A DNA stretch of 64,000 bases from Octopus vulgaris (Eukaryota): NCBI GenBank assembly GCA_951406725.2, contig OX597819.1:54436001-54500000 (forward strand), in the 5' to 3' direction. The notes under the pieces are model-generated. The model worked only from the letters and a program-made list of their open reading frames with translations. It made no database searches and had not been told where the DNA came from. The translations under genes were made by a program, and so were the position numbers. Shown here piece after piece: positions 26,927-39,656 of the stretch (position 1 is its first letter; each line of letters opens with the position of its first letter).

Positions 26927-27790
26927 GTCTAGACTAAATGAAAAAATTAGAATGTTACTATTGTAAGCACCAACCTTATTTTTTAATAAGTTCAAAAACA
27001 ATAAAAACTAGTTCCTAACAAATTTTTTTAAGAGACAGTTTCTGTATTATATTTATAAAGATGATGAGAAATATTAACTTTTTGTGAAAAGAGAAACCCT
27101 ATATTCCATAAGAAATCTTTTTCTTTGACAATTAAAAGAAAATGTTACTCTTTCAATAAGAAAAAATGAAACTTATTTTTCTGTGAATTGTTTTTAAAAA
27201 AAACATTTTCACTTCATGACATTTAATGGTGTAACTATTTTCATTTGTCTTCTTTAATTCATGTACGTAAGTACGTATGTATGTATGTATGTATGTATGT
27301 ATGTATGTATGTATGTATGTATGTACGTACGTACGTACGTACGTACCACACTGAAAGAATGTCTTAACATTATGAAGCTACCGAGAAAAACCCCATAAAT
27401 ACATACTATTGAAAGCAGGCTAGTGAGAAGATATTTAAAAAAGACTCCACATTAATTGTGAATTAACTGATTTCAAGGTTAAAATCTTAGATTTTCTTTC
27501 CATCATCAGCACAATACATGTAAAAATATATGAACAAGTGTTAGTACATACCCATAACAAAGTGAGTTTGCATGTCTATACACAAATACTTGCAAGTATA
27601 GATTTGAAAATGTTAGATCTAAATCTTCTCACAATGAACACATGACCACAGAAAATGCAGGTTTTTGATGAGGAGTAAAACTATTGTACTGATATTTTAT
27701 TTATTTATATTCATAAAATAAGGATAAAAATCATGCTAATGATAATTATCAGGTTGTCAGCATGGAAATAAACAATTCATATATTAAATT

Positions 27791-27900
<110 letters not shown>

Positions 27901-29744
27901 GGCATCACTACATGTAAATGCCTCATGCTATGAGGGACTCTTAAAGTCAAAACTACCATAATAAATACAGTGTACCGAACGCGAGGGAATGCAACTCTTG
28001 AAGTGAGCTCCTAAAAAACAGATTCAGCCACAAATAATATGATTTCATAGTTAGTGCACAAAATGCACTTTCTAATCATCAGTGCAGGCATAATCAACAC
28101 ACACACACACACATAATTATATTAAGGGAGAAAGTCAAAACATGACTTATCTCCTCCATATTGAATGAATGCCTAAACATTACGAAGCTACTGAGAAAAA
28201 CTCCATAAATACCAGACTCCAATCTGATCTGGCAGAGTTTCTACAGCTGAATGCCCTCCCTAACGCTAACCACTCTGAGAGTGTAGATATATAAATATAT
28301 ATATATAAACATATGTAATATGTATGTATGTATATATGTATGTTATGTTTAAGGTATATACACACACACACACATCTTTATAGCGACAAGATAATTAGGG
28401 AGCCTCTACATTGTCATTTGACCTGCTAGATGTAACAGCAAAATCTTCCTTAAGTCTCATGTTGCCATCTTAAAAATGGAAACATTGTATAATGTAGTCT
28501 TGAGTTCCTTGCATACAAAACAAGTTGAAATGATCATAACTGGAACACCTTTGATCATAGGTTTGTTCAATCAAGATTTGTCTGGGGTTAAACAACAGCA
28601 ACAACAATGACATGTTTATGATGAAGTTGGAGAATTCAAGAAACCATAATCAAAGTGATGCAATAAAATATCCACTGACTACTGGTAAATAAACACTGAA
28701 AATGAAGGTAACCAGAGAACGAAAGCCTGTTGACTATAGTGTGTACTTTGCTCTATAAACTTTAGAAAACAGTGGCTGATTGATTTGACCTTCTTTTGTC
28801 AATCTTGATTGCTTGCCGAATCGAAATAGCTGCAACGGTTGGCTTGTGATTGTAGTTTATGATGAACAAAAATGACGAAGAAGAAAGGAAGAAGAGGAAA
28901 AGAGGCAGAGAGAGAATGAGATTGCAAAGTGGCGGAAGAATAGTGAAAGAGAGTAAGTCCAAGTAAGAGTGGCGGCGGGGATACAGAAGAAACATACTAA
29001 GACTAAGTGATCATAATGTATGAAGGAAAACAATCAATTAATTCTTGGAAGCTGATTTGGAATCAAATCAAAATGTTGATGCTAAAGTTGAAGTATGACT
29101 TACCTGAGTCAACGCTTGCTATTCTTTGATAGGCAGAATGTGGCTAACATTTCCAAAATAATTCATATCATAATTTTGAATTTAGATAACAGTGGAAGCC
29201 TGGCTGGAACTCTCATTAGACACAGAAACTATAAATAGACAGAAATCATGGATCAATTAATTACATAGGTGTTTTATCGCAAATGGCCACTCATATAAAA
29301 TATCTTTCTGGCTTGACGCTGCTTAATTTAATCTGATGGGAACTAAGGTTTATAGTGTTAATTGCGTGTTAAAAGAAGATTTTGGCTTTTTCCCAAGGAA
29401 AGTGTGGACTAAAAATCTCAGTAAGAATTGCTTCACTGAGTCTAATGAAAAGAGACTGATAAGTATGCCAAAACCTTCCTACACACACACAAGAAGTCTA
29501 ATAAATAACTCCCTTCAACACAATTCATATCTTTTACAGAGAGATAACATAAACATTCTGCAATTAACATTTTCAAGGTAAGTTTTTTAAAAAAGACTAT
29601 TGTAAAAAAAATAAAAAGCAGTATAGTCCCTATAGAATAACTGATGTAATTCTTTTCTGGCAATAACATAAACAAAGAGATTTAATATAACACTACACAT
29701 ATTTTAGGCGCATGAAACTGAATCCAGTTGAGTAGATCAAATTA

Positions 29745-30866
29745 AAACCAAAACCAAAGCCTTAGTAAATAGGAAGGTGGACAAATTACAAATCCCTTCA
29801 GGTAGATGGCCTTGCTCGATCTGTAGAAAAGGTGTAGGTAAAACTCCATAAGATGTACCCGGTGTAAGCTACAGACACATAAGAGGTGCAGTAATATCAG
29901 AGGAAGGTTAACTGGGAAGATAGTTTTTGTGTGTGGCAGATGCACAGGTGCAATAAACATCAACAATGTAGAGAAAACAGATTCCATCATATGTCAGGAG
30001 GAAAAACTAGAAGTAGTTGATAACTTCTGTTACCTAGGTGACCAAAACAGTAGCAGAGGTGGATGCTCTGAGAATGTAGCTGCTAGAATAAGAATAGCCT
30101 AAGCAAATTTCTGAGAGCTCCTATTTCTTTTGGTAACAAAGGGCCTCTTGCTCAGAGTGAAAGGTAGACTGTATATAGCCTATTACAAACAGCCATGTTA
30201 CATGGCAGTAAAACATAGGCTTGAAAGAAATGAAGCTAGTATGCTCTGCTGAATGTGTAATGTCAGTGTGCATACATGACAGAGTGTAAGTACCCTGAGA
30301 GAAAAGTAGGATATAAGAAGCATCAGATGAAGTGGGCAAGAGAGACGACTGTGCTGGTATTGTCATGTGTTTGATATGGATGAGAACAGCTGTGTGAAGA
30401 AGTGTCACACCCTAACAGTGGAAGAGGTAGACCCAATGTGGTGAAACAGGACCTTCAAACGTTGACAAGCAACCGAAAATTTGGGAGATATGCTTGTGCT
30501 TGAGAAGACCCAGCAAGCCAAGTGAGATTGTAGTCGTGGCTGATGCCAGTATCACATAACTGACCCATTTAAAAGCACCCTCCAATTGTTGGGCAATATG
30601 CTGTGCTTGTGAAGACCTGTTGAACTGAGTGAAATCATAGTCATGGCCGATGCCAGTGCTGCCTGACTGGCACCCATGCTGGTGGTATGTAAAAAGCACC
30701 CACTACACTTTCGGAGTGGTCAGCATTATGAAGGGCACCCAGCTGTAGAAACCTTGCCATATCAGATTGGAGCCTGGTGTAGCCTTCTGGTTTGCCAGTC
30801 TTCAGTAAAACTGTCCAACCCATGCCAGCATGGAAAACAGATGTTAAACAGTAATGATGATGATGA
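29745..30866 (+). mobile_element. Degraded RTE LINE (same family as 21.2 kb) including a PHD-like Cys/His finger
   Basis: WPCSICRKGVG.NSIRCTRCKL.THKRCSNIRGRLTGKIVFVCGRC, then LEVVDNFCYLGD; 3'UTR and gatgatgat tail. Confidence 0.85.
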
Positions 30867-31841
30867 TTCTTTTATGGGAAAGTCATGAAATTTTTTCTGT
30901 TTAGACCCAGTTTATTTTCCTGCAACTTAGCATATATTTATTAAATTCATCAGTTGGTTACATTGCATCTCTACTTTTATACTTCTCTTTATTGGAAACT
31001 TAAAGAAATGAATTATGGACCAATTGTCAAAGTGAACTTCATGTTTCAGAACTTCCAGCTTTGCTGCTCAACACATCTATTACACCATGTAACACAATTT
31101 TTATCCTTGAGCAGCAACTGTTATTTCCTATTTACTTACTCCTAGAAAGTATGAAAAATGGCCAATATTTCCTTCAAACTTTGCTTTTATGATATTTATT
31201 CAAACCCAAAAGCATCCCTCTCAACACATGGCTATGATATCCCCCCTCTACTTCTGTTCATGATCAGAAATGCACATATTGTCAGCCACTAAGAGACATG
31301 CTCAAGTGGTTAAGGTCAACTAATATACAAATCTGTGGTATTGAGCAGAATATTTGCTATAACGATATTTCTGCTTCAGCAACTCAGCACTGAATCTGAA
31401 ATGTGATGGAAAATATGTCAGTTTCAAAACATTGATGTCCAGGTCACAAAAGCAGTATGAAGGGAATAGTAATTTCCTTTGATTTCTAGATAGAAGCAAA
31501 TAGGAAATAACACTTACTAATCAAAGGCAAAAAAATTTGTCACATTGTGTTATCAAACATAGTAATACTCCAAGACTATTTTGGGATAATTCTCACAATT
31601 ATTTCAACTAACTCGAATGTTTCTCAAAGCTCATGCACCATTAGTGTTTGTACTACACTTTCTCAATTTATATACCCTTTCTTTTGGAATTATCTTTCTG
31701 CCACAGATCTATGCAAAATAGTTATATTCAAACTATACATTGTATGGGATAGACGGAATAATTTGCTTTTATTCTTTTAGGCTTCAAAGCTCTGCACTTC
31801 TATCTTTCAACAATGCCTTGGACTTTTGCACACTCTATTAA

Positions 31842-32052
31842 ACCTTTCATTACCAACTCGGCTGAAACTGGCTCTGGCTACAAATGTCTTGTTTTCATAA
31901 GTTTCGAATCAAAATTTTCCGCCAAACCTTAGTCATAATTTATGTTCCTAACACTAGCTGAATGATAACTAAGTTATTTTACTAAAGTAATTATATTTAA
32001 AGTAATTGAAAGAAACACAGGGCATCTCAAAATAAATATAGTAATGAAAAGG
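31842..32052. mobile_element. piggyBac-like MITE
   Basis: TTAA|acctttcattac ... gtaatgaaaagg TIRs; right TTAA degraded. Confidence 0.65.
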
Positions 32053-33547
32053 TTTCTGCTGTGTTATTTTTCTTGTCCACCAGAACACATCTGAAATAAG
32101 TATCTCTATGCTGATGAAACTGGATACTGTCAGGGATGCGATAGGATCAGATACAACTTCAGATTAGGTTCTCTTTTGATAACTTTATTTCAGGATTTTC
32201 AATGTATTATTTAACTTCACTACTGGAATGTTACTTTTTTTTTAGTCATTGAGAAAAAACTTACCAAAACACATGAAAGTTTACACCTATAGCCCCAAAT
32301 CTTTCAAATGGTGCTTTAAGAGCAATAACATTGGAAATATCAATGAAGTCTTTGTGGATGGTTGAATGCTATACTCCACATTGATATTAACATCGAAGCA
32401 ATAAGGCCTTAATTATGTTTACCTCACAAGATAAGACCAATGAGGTAACTGCCATGCATCCAAGCTTATATTGTGAAGTTCTAATTGAAAGAGTGTCACT
32501 TAAAAAAACAAAAATCATTTTTCTGTGCTTTTGTGCTTTCACTTGATCTTCAGGGGCTAAAATCACAACTTAGCCATGAATAATGATGCCTGTCTTTCAC
32601 CCCAACAAATATGGTCAATTGAATTCTTTAAAGCAAAATCAAGACATCTAGCACTGTTATTAATTTGAGAAGATAGTGATAGTTATCTAGTTTAAATTTC
32701 TGAATATTCCCAACTTTTTTTTCTGTTTCTCATTTTTCAATTTTTTTTTCTTCCTACTTTGATACTTCTTTCATAAAAGGTAAACATTTTGTGAGAAGAA
32801 AGAGAAGATCCAAATCAGCCTGGTTGAACCACAGAACCACTGGAGATTGTTACCAGCAATAATCAATTCCATCCTTCTCTCCTCTGAACACAATGGGCTG
32901 TTCTCACTTCGTGCTAATCAGACCTACTTAAATATAATCTAGTGGTATATGATAATTTGGCTGACATAAGGAACAAGTTGTTCCTTTCTTTCTGTCTGTC
33001 TGTCTCTCCTTTCTTTCTTTCTTATTTATTTGGTCAGTTTTCACAAGTTATATATTTTTAAATAATGCAACAAATTTTTTTTTACAGATTCTGAATAATG
33101 AATACATTATTTGTCATTTTGATTGGAACTAGGGAAAATTGCCAGGAATTGGTGCTAAATTAAAGGTTGCTTTATAGGCCTAAGCATATTCAACATTGAT
33201 AGTTTTTCTATTGATTCGGAGCAAATGGCTTCAGCCAAACGACTTTGCAATTGATAAAAATATTTCTGAGAATTCTTCAAAGACTGCATATTAGTATAAT
33301 CATAGTCTGATAATAGAAATATTTTCGTATGAATCATTGACTCAAATTTTTCACCTTGGTATTTACAAAGTTGACCTCAGTGGCCCAGATCTGAAAAATA
33401 CATTTACTTATGTTTCCTGCAGCTGTTGAAAACAATGGTTGAGGATCCAATGCTATATGGCAAAGTCTAATGGCTGTTCCCTATTAGTGAAAATTTGAAA
33501 TTGAGGCTGCTTTCTTGTCAATGGATTGGACTTTATTCACTAATTAC

Positions 33548-33922
33548 ACTTTTGCTTGTTTCAGTCATTTGACTGCGGCCATGCTGGAGCACTGCCTTTA
33601 GTCAAGCAAATCGACTCCAGGACTTATTCTTTGTAAGCCCAGTACTTATTCTATCGGTCTCTTTTGCTGAACCGCTAGGTGGCGGGGACATAAACATACC
33701 AGTATCAGTTGTCAAGCAATGCTAGGGAGACAAACACAGACACACATATATATATACATATATACAATGGGGTTCTTTCAGTTTCCGTCTACCAGATCCA
33801 CTCACAAGGCTTTGGTCGGCCCAAGGCTATAGTAGAAAACACTTGCCCAAGATGCCACACAGTGGGACTGAACCCAGAATCATGTGGTTGGTAAGCAAGC
33901 TACTTACCTCACAGCCACTCCT
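33548..33922 (-). mobile_element. SINE family A, full length
   Basis: Reverse complement of the 19286-19674 copy. Confidence 0.9.
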
Positions 33923-34510
33923 CTCTTTTTTTTTTAGCAGATTTAGTCAGTGAGTAGGGAGGCAGTGGTGTAGTTAACGTGTGTGTTACCCAAAGCAGCC
34001 TTTGAGTTTGTTCTCCACCCCCACCCCTATACAGGCTCGTGCAACAGACTCCAAAGAGTTCCCTATCTAACAGCATTGCATGGGCAGATCACCATTACCA
34101 CTATCACTCCTAGCTATGCTACATGAGTGGGATAGCCTTAACCTTCATTGGTGACATGGTGAGAAAGAAAGTCCTGGCTCTTCAACTAATTTTAAATGTT
34201 TGAAAGAAAACAAATGTACTAACATTTAAAATACTATATCTTCATTTACAAGTAAATCTGTGGAAAAGTATCAAACTGTGGTTAAATTGAGATGAAGATC
34301 CGCTGAAAGCAAAGATGAACGTATTTTTTTAAAAGCATAAGCCTTTCGGTTTGAACTTCATTATATTAGCTGAGGTGCATAGAAGTCAACTCACTGGATG
34401 TGGCTTTCTAAATCTTAATATAGAATTAAAGTAAACAATGCTAGTGTATTGAGCTTCCATTTTCTTTTGCAAGACTAAACAAATTATCCTTAATATGATT
34501 TCCAGTTGTA

Positions 34511-34715
34511 AGGCAGCAAACAGAATTGTTAGCATGCCAGGAAAATGCTTAGCAGAATTTCATCTTTACGTTCTGAGTTCAAATTCCTTTGTGGCTGACT
34601 TTGCCTTTCATCCTTTCAGGTCGATAAAATAAGTACTTGTTGAGCATTGGGAATGATGTCATCGACTTTACACCTTGCCTGAAATTACTGGCCTTGTGCC
34701 AAAATTTGGAACCAT
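34511..34715 (+). mobile_element. SINE family B
   Basis: ttacgttctgagttcaaattcc...gcctttcatcctttcagg.tcgataaaataagtac...ggccttgtgccaaaa. Confidence 0.8.
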
Positions 34716-35518
34716 TACCATTTCTGGTTGTTGCTTAATATCCCACTAATTTCACTTGTATTTTATTTATCTGTTGCATAGATAAAGCACTTATATCCTA
34801 AAAATATCATGATATTTATAGCATCTGACTGTACACTAATAAAAAGTCAAGATTTGACTCTCCAGGCCAAACTGAGAGAACTCTGATTTAACATGATTAA
34901 TTTTAGTCTTCCTTATCCTCTACTTTCCTGCAGATTGATGCCGACTATCTTAGTTACCTCTTCTTTCCTGTGCCTTCTTTCCTGTGCCTCAATTCAAATG
35001 GGATTCTCTTAAGTAAATCTGATCATTGCAGTAAAGACTTAAGAGGACAAAGACAATATGTACAGAAGCTATTCTAGTGCATGAGGCTTACAGGTTCTGA
35101 TATGTGGAAAGGTGTTTACTCTGATAATCAAGCAGATGTATACAATAATGATTAAAGACCCGAAGCCAACAACATCTAGAACAGTCAGTGGTTACGGATA
35201 AACTGATTAGAGCATAAACTGTAGACCATATGAAGTAGAAATTGTCTTGAATAGGCTGTTGGAATCGTGCAGAACAAGTGCTGCCAAAACAAATGTCAAT
35301 GTGTTAGAGAACCTTGCTCAAAATTATTGTTTGCTTAGCAGAATTTAGGGCCCACCATTTTCTGTTGTGATACTCTTGTTCCCAACCTTTAATGCAATCA
35401 CCCATAGACTTGTACTTTTGGAAATGAACCCAATCAGATGCAAGTTGTACATATCAACCAAATTAAAATGAATAATTCTAGTTCCATGTTTGTTGGCAAC
35501 ACTATCCAATCTGTTTTA

Positions 35519-35940
35519 GTGCCAGACGAGGCTGGCAGACGGCCACGCTCGGATGGGGTTTTTATGTGCCACCGACACAGGTGCCAGACGAGGCTGGCAG
35601 ACGGCCACGCTCGGATGGTGTTTTCTGACACATAAGAAAACACCATCCGAGCTTGGCCGTCTGCCAGCCTCGTCTGGCACCTGTGTCGGTGGCACATAAA
35701 AAACCCCATCCGAGCGTGGCCGTCTGCCAGCCTCGTCTGGCACCTGTGTCGGTGGCACATAAAATCACCCACTACACTCTCGGAGTGGTTGGCGTTAGGA
35801 AGGGCATCCAGCTGTAGAAACACTGCCACATCTGACTGGCCTGGTGCAGCCTTCGGGCTTCCCAGACCCCAGTTGAACCGTCCAACCCATGCTAGCATGG
35901 AAAGCGGACGTTAAACGATGATGATGATGATGATGATGAT
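35519..35940 (+). mobile_element. Young RTE 3'UTR-derived insertion with a 5' foldback of 62-bp repeats
   Basis: 35519-35626 is the near-perfect reverse complement of 35635-35743; followed by the LINE tail and (GAT)n; CpGs intact. Confidence 0.9.
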
Positions 35941-37084
35941 TGCTGAAAGACATGGAAATCAAATCAGGTTTTAAGATTGCAATATTTACAAAGAGATTTT
36001 CAAAATGTCAATGAAAAATACAACATACCTGCTATAGTTTGGACACCATACGACCATTCTCACATGACAGATACCTTCAGAAAGATTAGATCCTCTAGTC
36101 AGCTGGCACACATCCCTTTACTGGATGGCTATAAAACTAATAGTCATGACTACAAACTTCTTGCTTCGATTGCTTAGCATGGAGCAGGAGTAGGGGTTGG
36201 AAGCATTCCAGTGGAGTAGCATGTGGGGTGGAGGCAAGGATAGCAGTCTGCTCCAGGCAACACCTTTATGGCACATCACTTTGGGGTCTGCTGTGTAAGC
36301 CTGTATAGGTGGTGGTTGTGGTGATGGTGGCCAATCTCAAGGACTTCTCCAACCAGTACACACTTGAGTTGTGTCACTAAAGCATTCATGGTTTTAGCTT
36401 CCCCATTGCGCTATCACCACTTGGTCTCATTGAACAGCTTTCCCATCCTTCTCTCTCATTGCAGGGTTCTTAACTGCAACAATGCAATATTAATTTGTGC
36501 TATTAAAGAAACAAGTCAATATCATTTCTCCCTGTCAGTAGGGTAATGGTATGGTCCACCCCCAGTGATTCCTCTATGGGGACGACACTTTTGGGTCTCT
36601 TGTATAAGTTGTATTACCTGTTGGTGGGGGCCAAACTTAAGAGCTGCTCCAGAGAGTATACACTCTAGGTAGGCCATTACCCTCTATCATCACATCAATA
36701 GTTGATGTTTCTTTTAAAAGCCTCTTGTAATATAGCTTCCAGCTCTAGGTAAAAGATCATAATAAAATTGTGACACGTGAAAAAGCTACTACTCAGAACT
36801 GTCAAAACAGGCCCATCTTTTCTGTCAAAAAAGGTTAAATTCTTACTACATTTGTACTTTCTGAACCACTTGCTATTGCTAATACTTAATGATATAGTCA
36901 TGGAAAACCAGGATACTAACTTATATAACAATAATTGCTGTAACATGGCAATCAGATTTATATCAGGGTAACAAACTAAGTTCCCAAAATATATATAAAT
37001 TTGAAAACAAAAGGTAACTTCCTTTAGTTTGTTTCAGGGTAACTTGCAGCAGCACAACTCATCTCTGGTGGTGATGTGAGTAGC

Positions 37085-37485
37085 ATTGATGGTGGTGGTA
37101 GAGTAGTAACAGTAATGGTGGTGGTGGTGATGGTAGAGTTGTAGTAGTAGTGGTTATGGTGGTAGTAGTAGTAGTTGTATTCGTAGTCGTGGTACTGGTA
37201 GTGGTAGTAGTAGTTGTATTCGTAGTCCTGGTAGTGGTAGTAGTAGTAGTAGTGGTACTGGTAGGAGTGGTGATGGTAGTTGTAGTGATAGAAGTAATGA
37301 TGGTAATCGTAGTGGTACCAGTAGTGGTGGTAGTGGAACTGGTAGTAGTAACGGTGGTGGTGATGGTAGTAGTAGTGATATAAGTAATGATGGTAGTAGT
37401 AGTTATAGTGGTGATGGTAGCAGTGGTAGTGATAGGAGTAGTGGTAGTAGTGGTAGCAATTGTAAGTGATGATAGTTGTAGTAAA
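37085..37485. repeat. (GTA/GTG)n trinucleotide low-complexity tract upstream of the LicD gene
   Basis: Mixed gta/gtg/gtt triplets over ~400 bp. Confidence 0.9.
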
Positions 37486-37957
37486 CTATAAAACTACAAC
37501 AAAAAAACACAAAACAAAATGTCACATTGCAAAATATTCATCTATAATCTTGTTTGTACGCAAGAATATATAATATTTATATATTAATATAGACATCTAC
37601 GTTAAGAGAAGCCAGTAATGGGGCAACATGTGTCACAATAAATATCTTGAATATACCCCCATCCTTTACCTTTTCTTTAGTGGAATTCACGTTTTGTCTT
37701 TGAAACGCTGTCGGTCGCAAATAGAAAACCACAAACACTAAAACATTAAAAATTACTTTGTGAAAGGTACACCTTTCTTTTCCAGTTCAAAACTCAGAAA
37801 AAGCCTAACATTTTCTTTGAAGTTTTGGTTAAATTTTGGTGTAATTTGTGAGAAAATAAGGTGGAAGATAAAGGGAGAAAAAGAAGCAAGAAAAAGGATC
37901 AGAACAAAATATAGATAAAAAGAGAAACGGAGTTTGAGAGTGAGGAGAGAACGGAAA

Positions 37958-38971
37958 ATGTCGCAGTTATGTATTTTGAGCCGTAAAGCATATAGATTAA
38001 AAAACCCGCTACAGCCAAAGAAATTGATTTTGGCGATTGGAATTTTCATAATTATATTTTTCTTCGTCAGCAATACACTTTGGCAATTTAACCCTGACAA
38101 ACAAAGGAAGTTTCGTGTAATTATGAATAATTATGTCATCGCCGAAAGAAACTACGATAAAGACACGTTTCCCGATCTTGTTGGAAGTTTTCGCTTTAAT
38201 GACACTAATATCGGCATTGCTATCAACGAAACTGCCCATTTATCAGTGACAGGAAACGAATCCTTGGCTATTATTTACCAAAGCACCATTAGCCCTACAG
38301 AGAAGAAGCTCCTTTTGTATGTCTTTCAATCTTTTATTGATATTTGTCGGCGTCACAATATTGTATTTTTCTTGTACGGCGGTTCACTTTTAGGATCTTA
38401 TCGCCATCATGGTATCATTCCGTGGGACGATGACATTGATATTTTTATGAATTATTCTCAAAGGGACACATTTTACACTGTATCACAGTCAGTGCCTGGC
38501 TTTCAAGTGTCCAATCCAAGGACATTTCAATGGAAATTTTTCTTCAGAGATGTTAAAACTTTGAAAAATCAAGAATTCCGTTGGCCTTACATTGATATAT
38601 TTTTCTTTGGAGAAAATGAGACATCGATCTTTGACTTCACATACGGTAAGCCTAGATATAAATTTATCAAGAAAAATATTTTCCCATTAAAACTTCGACC
38701 GTTCGAAGGGGCTATGCTTGAATCGCCTTGTAATCCATATTTGTTCCTAAAATTTTGGTATGATGTTCGTATGTGCTCTGGAAACTCTTTCAGACACAAA
38801 ACAGAGTCAGTAGCTAATGCTTATTGGAAGAAGTCGGTTCCATGCACCCAAGTACACTTTATGTGGCCGTTTGTTTCCCGCACCATTGACAAGCATTCTG
38901 GAATAATAAAGGAGACCCTACTCTTCAAGAACATTAGCCAATCTCATCCGTTCATCACTAAAACCTGTTAA
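37958..38971 (+). CDS. LicD-family (fukutin/FKRP-related) phosphotransferase, type II membrane protein, 337 aa, intronless CDS
   Basis: ATG at 37958 (aaaATGt); N-terminal TM segment LILAIGIFIIIFFFV; LicD motifs FLYGGSLLGSYRHHGIIPWDDDID, WPYIDIF and IFPLKLRPFEG; uninterrupted ORF. Confidence 0.92.
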   Translation: MSQLCILSRKAYRLKNPLQPKKLILAIGIFIIIFFFVSNTLWQFNPDKQRKFRVIMNNYVIAERNYDKDTFPDLVGSFRFNDTNIGIAINETAHLSVTGNESLAIIYQSTISPTEKKLLLYVFQSFIDICRRHNIVFFLYGGSLLGSYRHHGIIPWDDDIDIFMNYSQRDTFYTVSQSVPGFQVSNPRTFQWKFFFRDVKTLKNQEFRWPYIDIFFFGENETSIFDFTYGKPRYKFIKKNIFPLKLRPFEGAMLESPCNPYLFLKFWYDVRMCSGNSFRHKTESVANAYWKKSVPCTQVHFMWPFVSRTIDKHSGIIKETLLFKNISQSHPFITKTC

Positions 38972-39021
38972 TAAATTTTAATTATGTGTATATTTATTCA
39001 TTGTATATATATTTATTTATA

Positions 39022-39207
39022 GAATCCAGGTAGAAAAAGTCACAGGAAAAACAGTCACGGTAATAAAGTCACAGGGGTTTTGTCCGGATCCCATAAATTA
39101 ATTGTGACTTTATTACCGGCCACCACAAATTAATTCTGACTTTATTCCTAGCCAAAATTGTGACTTTATTACTGTGACTTTTCCCTGTGACTTTATTACC
39201 GGTCACC
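39022..39207. mobile_element. Foldback/Mutator-like MITE with AAAGTCAC subterminal repeats
   Basis: aaagtcac repeats on the left, gtgacttt repeats on the right; 8-bp TSD tatttata on both sides. Confidence 0.8.
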
Positions 39208-39601
39208 TATTTATAATGTATGTGTATATACTAGTGTACCTGTGCCATCAGAAATGATGGCATGAAAATGATACGGAAAATAATAACCTTAATGTATTGT
39301 TTAATCTTCTTGCGTCCAGTTCTTCCTGAATGAGACTGACTGTTCTTCGCCTTTGACTCTCTCTGGCTAACCATCGCCTTCTGCCTGATTCATTCTCCAT
39401 AGGACGTGGATGAGTATATTTAATCGAACGGAGCATAAACTTCAAAAACAAATGAGTATATTTGTATGTGTGTGTGTACGTTAGTTAGTTTGTATTGCTA
39501 TACGTAGCCGTACCAAGTACAAAATTACACAGGATTACATTAACGGCGTACACACAGACTTGTTCCTTTTTTCTTCCAGCAACGTCTATATGTTCTCTAT
39601 C

Positions 39602-39656
<55 letters not shown>

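Larger units (their letters stand above)
30890..36180 (-). pseudogene. Decayed multi-exon protein-coding gene, possibly glycosyltransferase-like
   Basis: Canonical, phase-compatible splice junctions (exon ending 32758 AA|gtagga; exon 32480-32265, 216 nt, phase 2-2; acceptor at 32091). Long frames with few stops: SPVVLWFNQADLDLLFLLTKCLPFMKEVSK-TSQYKLG...KAPFERFGAIGVNFHVF and KSMGDCIKGWEQEYHNRKWWALNSAKQ. Interrupted by TE insertions. Confidence 0.5.

Noticed and set aside
32109-32150. ctgatgaaac, possible hammerhead or SECIS
   Set aside because: No compatible stems or downstream GAAA; the spacing does not fit SECIS.
35438-36177. Plus-strand ORFs at 35438 and 35977
   Set aside because: Short and motif-less; better explained as antisense shadows of the minus-strand pseudogene frames.
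37150-37383. Poly-valine ORF
   Set aside because: Translation of a (GTA/GTG)n microsatellite.
37934-38971. Bacterial contamination or recent HGT of licD, and the TTG start at 37934
   Set aside because: The flanks are continuous with host repeats, the protein has a Golgi-type TM/stem architecture, and animals have LicD-family genes; ATG 37958 is the plausible start.
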